This document shows, piece by piece, positions 62,389 to 64,000 of a DNA stretch of 64,000 nt; the stretch's first letter is position 1; every line of letters starts with the position of its first letter. Under the pieces are notes generated by a model, which ran no database searches, was not told where the DNA came from, and saw nothing but the letters and a program-made list of their open reading frames with translations. This stretch comes from Geosiphon pyriformis uo1 (taxonomy: Eukaryota; Fungi; Glomeromycota): NCBI GenBank assembly GCA_016748015.1, contig JAAOMT010000034.1:124001-188000 (forward strand), read 5' to 3'. The position numbers were made by a program, and so were the translations under genes.

Positions 62389-64000
62389 TCATTGAGAAAA
62401 AGGATTGAGAAATACACCACCAGCCAAAATCAAATTATCAAATCTTGCTGTCAGACTCAGAACCAAAGCAGAAAGTTTTTCCAGCATGGTTTCTAGTCTT
62501 TTCATCTTAAGAGAGACAGAAGAGACTAATTCCACAGCAGTTTTACCACCAGTGGTTCCACCTGAACCCTTTTCTATCATTACATTACCCATTTGATCCT
62601 GTGATGAGGAGGTCACCAACAGCTGACATCCAGGACTAGGCTGGAGAACTGTCAGCATGAATAAATTCAACTTCTTAGCCAACTCACTAATTTGCCCCAC
62701 AAGGCTGGTAAGACTGCTTTCCAAAATAGCAAATCTTTTTTCAATATCAACTATAACAGACAGAATAGGCTTTTCTCCAAAGAAAAGCCAGAATTGACCA
62801 AACTGCTATGCACAGAAAGAGAAAAAAATAAAGATCCACCAGCAATCTTCACTCAAGACACTCCACCAAAAATGATAGGACGAGCAACAAAAGCTGAATG
62901 TTTAGCATAGATAGTAGCCAATCTGCTTTTATCCAAGTCTGAGAGTGTTCTATAAAAAAATCTTCCAAAGAAAAATTTTCCACTTTTAAAACAGCCCAAT
63001 AATGTATGACCCACTTTTTCATACTTAGCATATTTAGAAAAACCCAAACAAGACCAGTGCAAATTCATACCCCTTAAAACTGGAGTAGTTCTTATGACGG
63101 CATCTAAGGATTTAGCTATATTAAAACAAACAACAGCACATCTGGCCTGAACATACGTAACTGAATAATGATTGATCACACATGTTTTTTCACTTACAGA
63201 ACCAATAAAGTCTTAGATATTATGAGCATTTGTTCCTATTGGCAGAGTATAAAGCAGCACTCTATAAAGATTTCTTATATTCCATGATTCTTTATCTTGA
63301 TCAGTTCTGGTTACACATACAGTATCCTTCCCAATTAGGATAGACTAACAAGCCATGACAAATCAGCCTGTTCAATCTTACCAAATTTGACTACAGCTTT
63401 CTGTCACAAACCCACCAATTGCATTTTAATTAACATTACTGTACCAAACTCAGATAGTACAGTGTGCACAGTCTCAGCCGAAGTCCTAATAAAGATTTTT
63501 TTCACTATTACAGCTCAATCTAAGCACCCAGATAATTTTTTGAGATCAGTATTCACTAAGATCTTCACTTCTCCAGCTTTTTTAAAAGTCTGTACCAAAC
63601 TTAATTCAGAAGTAAATGTTGCTCTGATAATCTTAGCAAATTTTGAGGGAATAAAGGCTCCTCCAAAACCATTGATTTTTGAAAATAACTTTCTGATTAC
63701 CATAAGCTTTTTCTGAGCAAATTTCCCAACAACATTGTCCAAACTGATGTTCAGAGCAAAAGATTTTCTAACAGAAACATTGACCAAGTTTTTCAAATAG
63801 AGGGAAAGAATTACAGGTTTGTCTAAAAAAATGTCATCACTATCATTGTCCAAGAAGTCAATTTTTTCTAGTGGTTTACCCAGTGCTCTCTTGGTCTGAA
63901 TTTTTGAACTCTTAGGAGTTTGTTCCAAATCTCTACCAATGAGAATGCTGTCTTCTCCATAATCAAAGCTGGTCTCCTCAACCAAAAATTCTTCCTCCAT
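62389..64000 (-). pseudogene. LINE I ORF1 (RRM-like region, zinc-knuckle remnant, coiled coil)
   Basis: KYAKYEKVGHTLLGC knuckle remnant; heptad-like C-terminus; stop overlaps the ORF2 ATG. Confidence 0.8.

Larger units (their letters stand above)
48064..62392 (-). pseudogene. LINE I ORF2: AP endonuclease, RT, RNase H, CCHC (excluding F, 51093-60753)
   Basis: KIAMCNVKGMN, ILDGNFN, PIALIET, LDQEEVFSPLLW, FINNT (from FVDDT), YTD..AEIQAI..DSQSA..NEYAD, CLYCGKVEVSDHVFSC. Confidence 0.9.
47933..64000 (-). mobile_element. LINE I (ORF1 and ORF2), interrupted by F; 5' end beyond the window
   Basis: A-tail at 47933-47941; ORF2 rejoins across F; two-ORF layout. Confidence 0.92.

Overview
No host genes were found. 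The window is a nest of degenerate eukaryotic transposons; the AT richness and TE types suggest a fungus, possibly Mucoromycota/Glomeromycotina (inference). It holds six Ty3/gypsy LTR elements: A 1-17774 (-, in three pieces), B 2442-5419 (+, non-autonomous), C 8055-15799 (+), D 17814-28093 (-), E 17775-34811 (-) and F 51093-60753 (+). It also holds three LINEs of one family (APE-RT-RNase H-CCHC in the two with most of ORF2 in view) and two inverted ~3.4 kb hAT copies. Junctions and target-site duplications give the insertion order, and all copies are eroded by C>T/G>A transitions. The main interest is the gypsy architecture, shared by two divergent families. A gag ORF starting at GTG continues in one frame through protease, a ~250-aa Cys-rich domain, dUTPase, a dUTPase-like repeat, RT and RNase H, and then stops. 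Integrase is a separate ORF with its own ATG, and a third conserved ORF of unknown function ends at the polypurine tract. TSDs are 4 bp, there is no chromodomain, and otherwise unrelated LTRs share a hairpin plus branch-point-like module.
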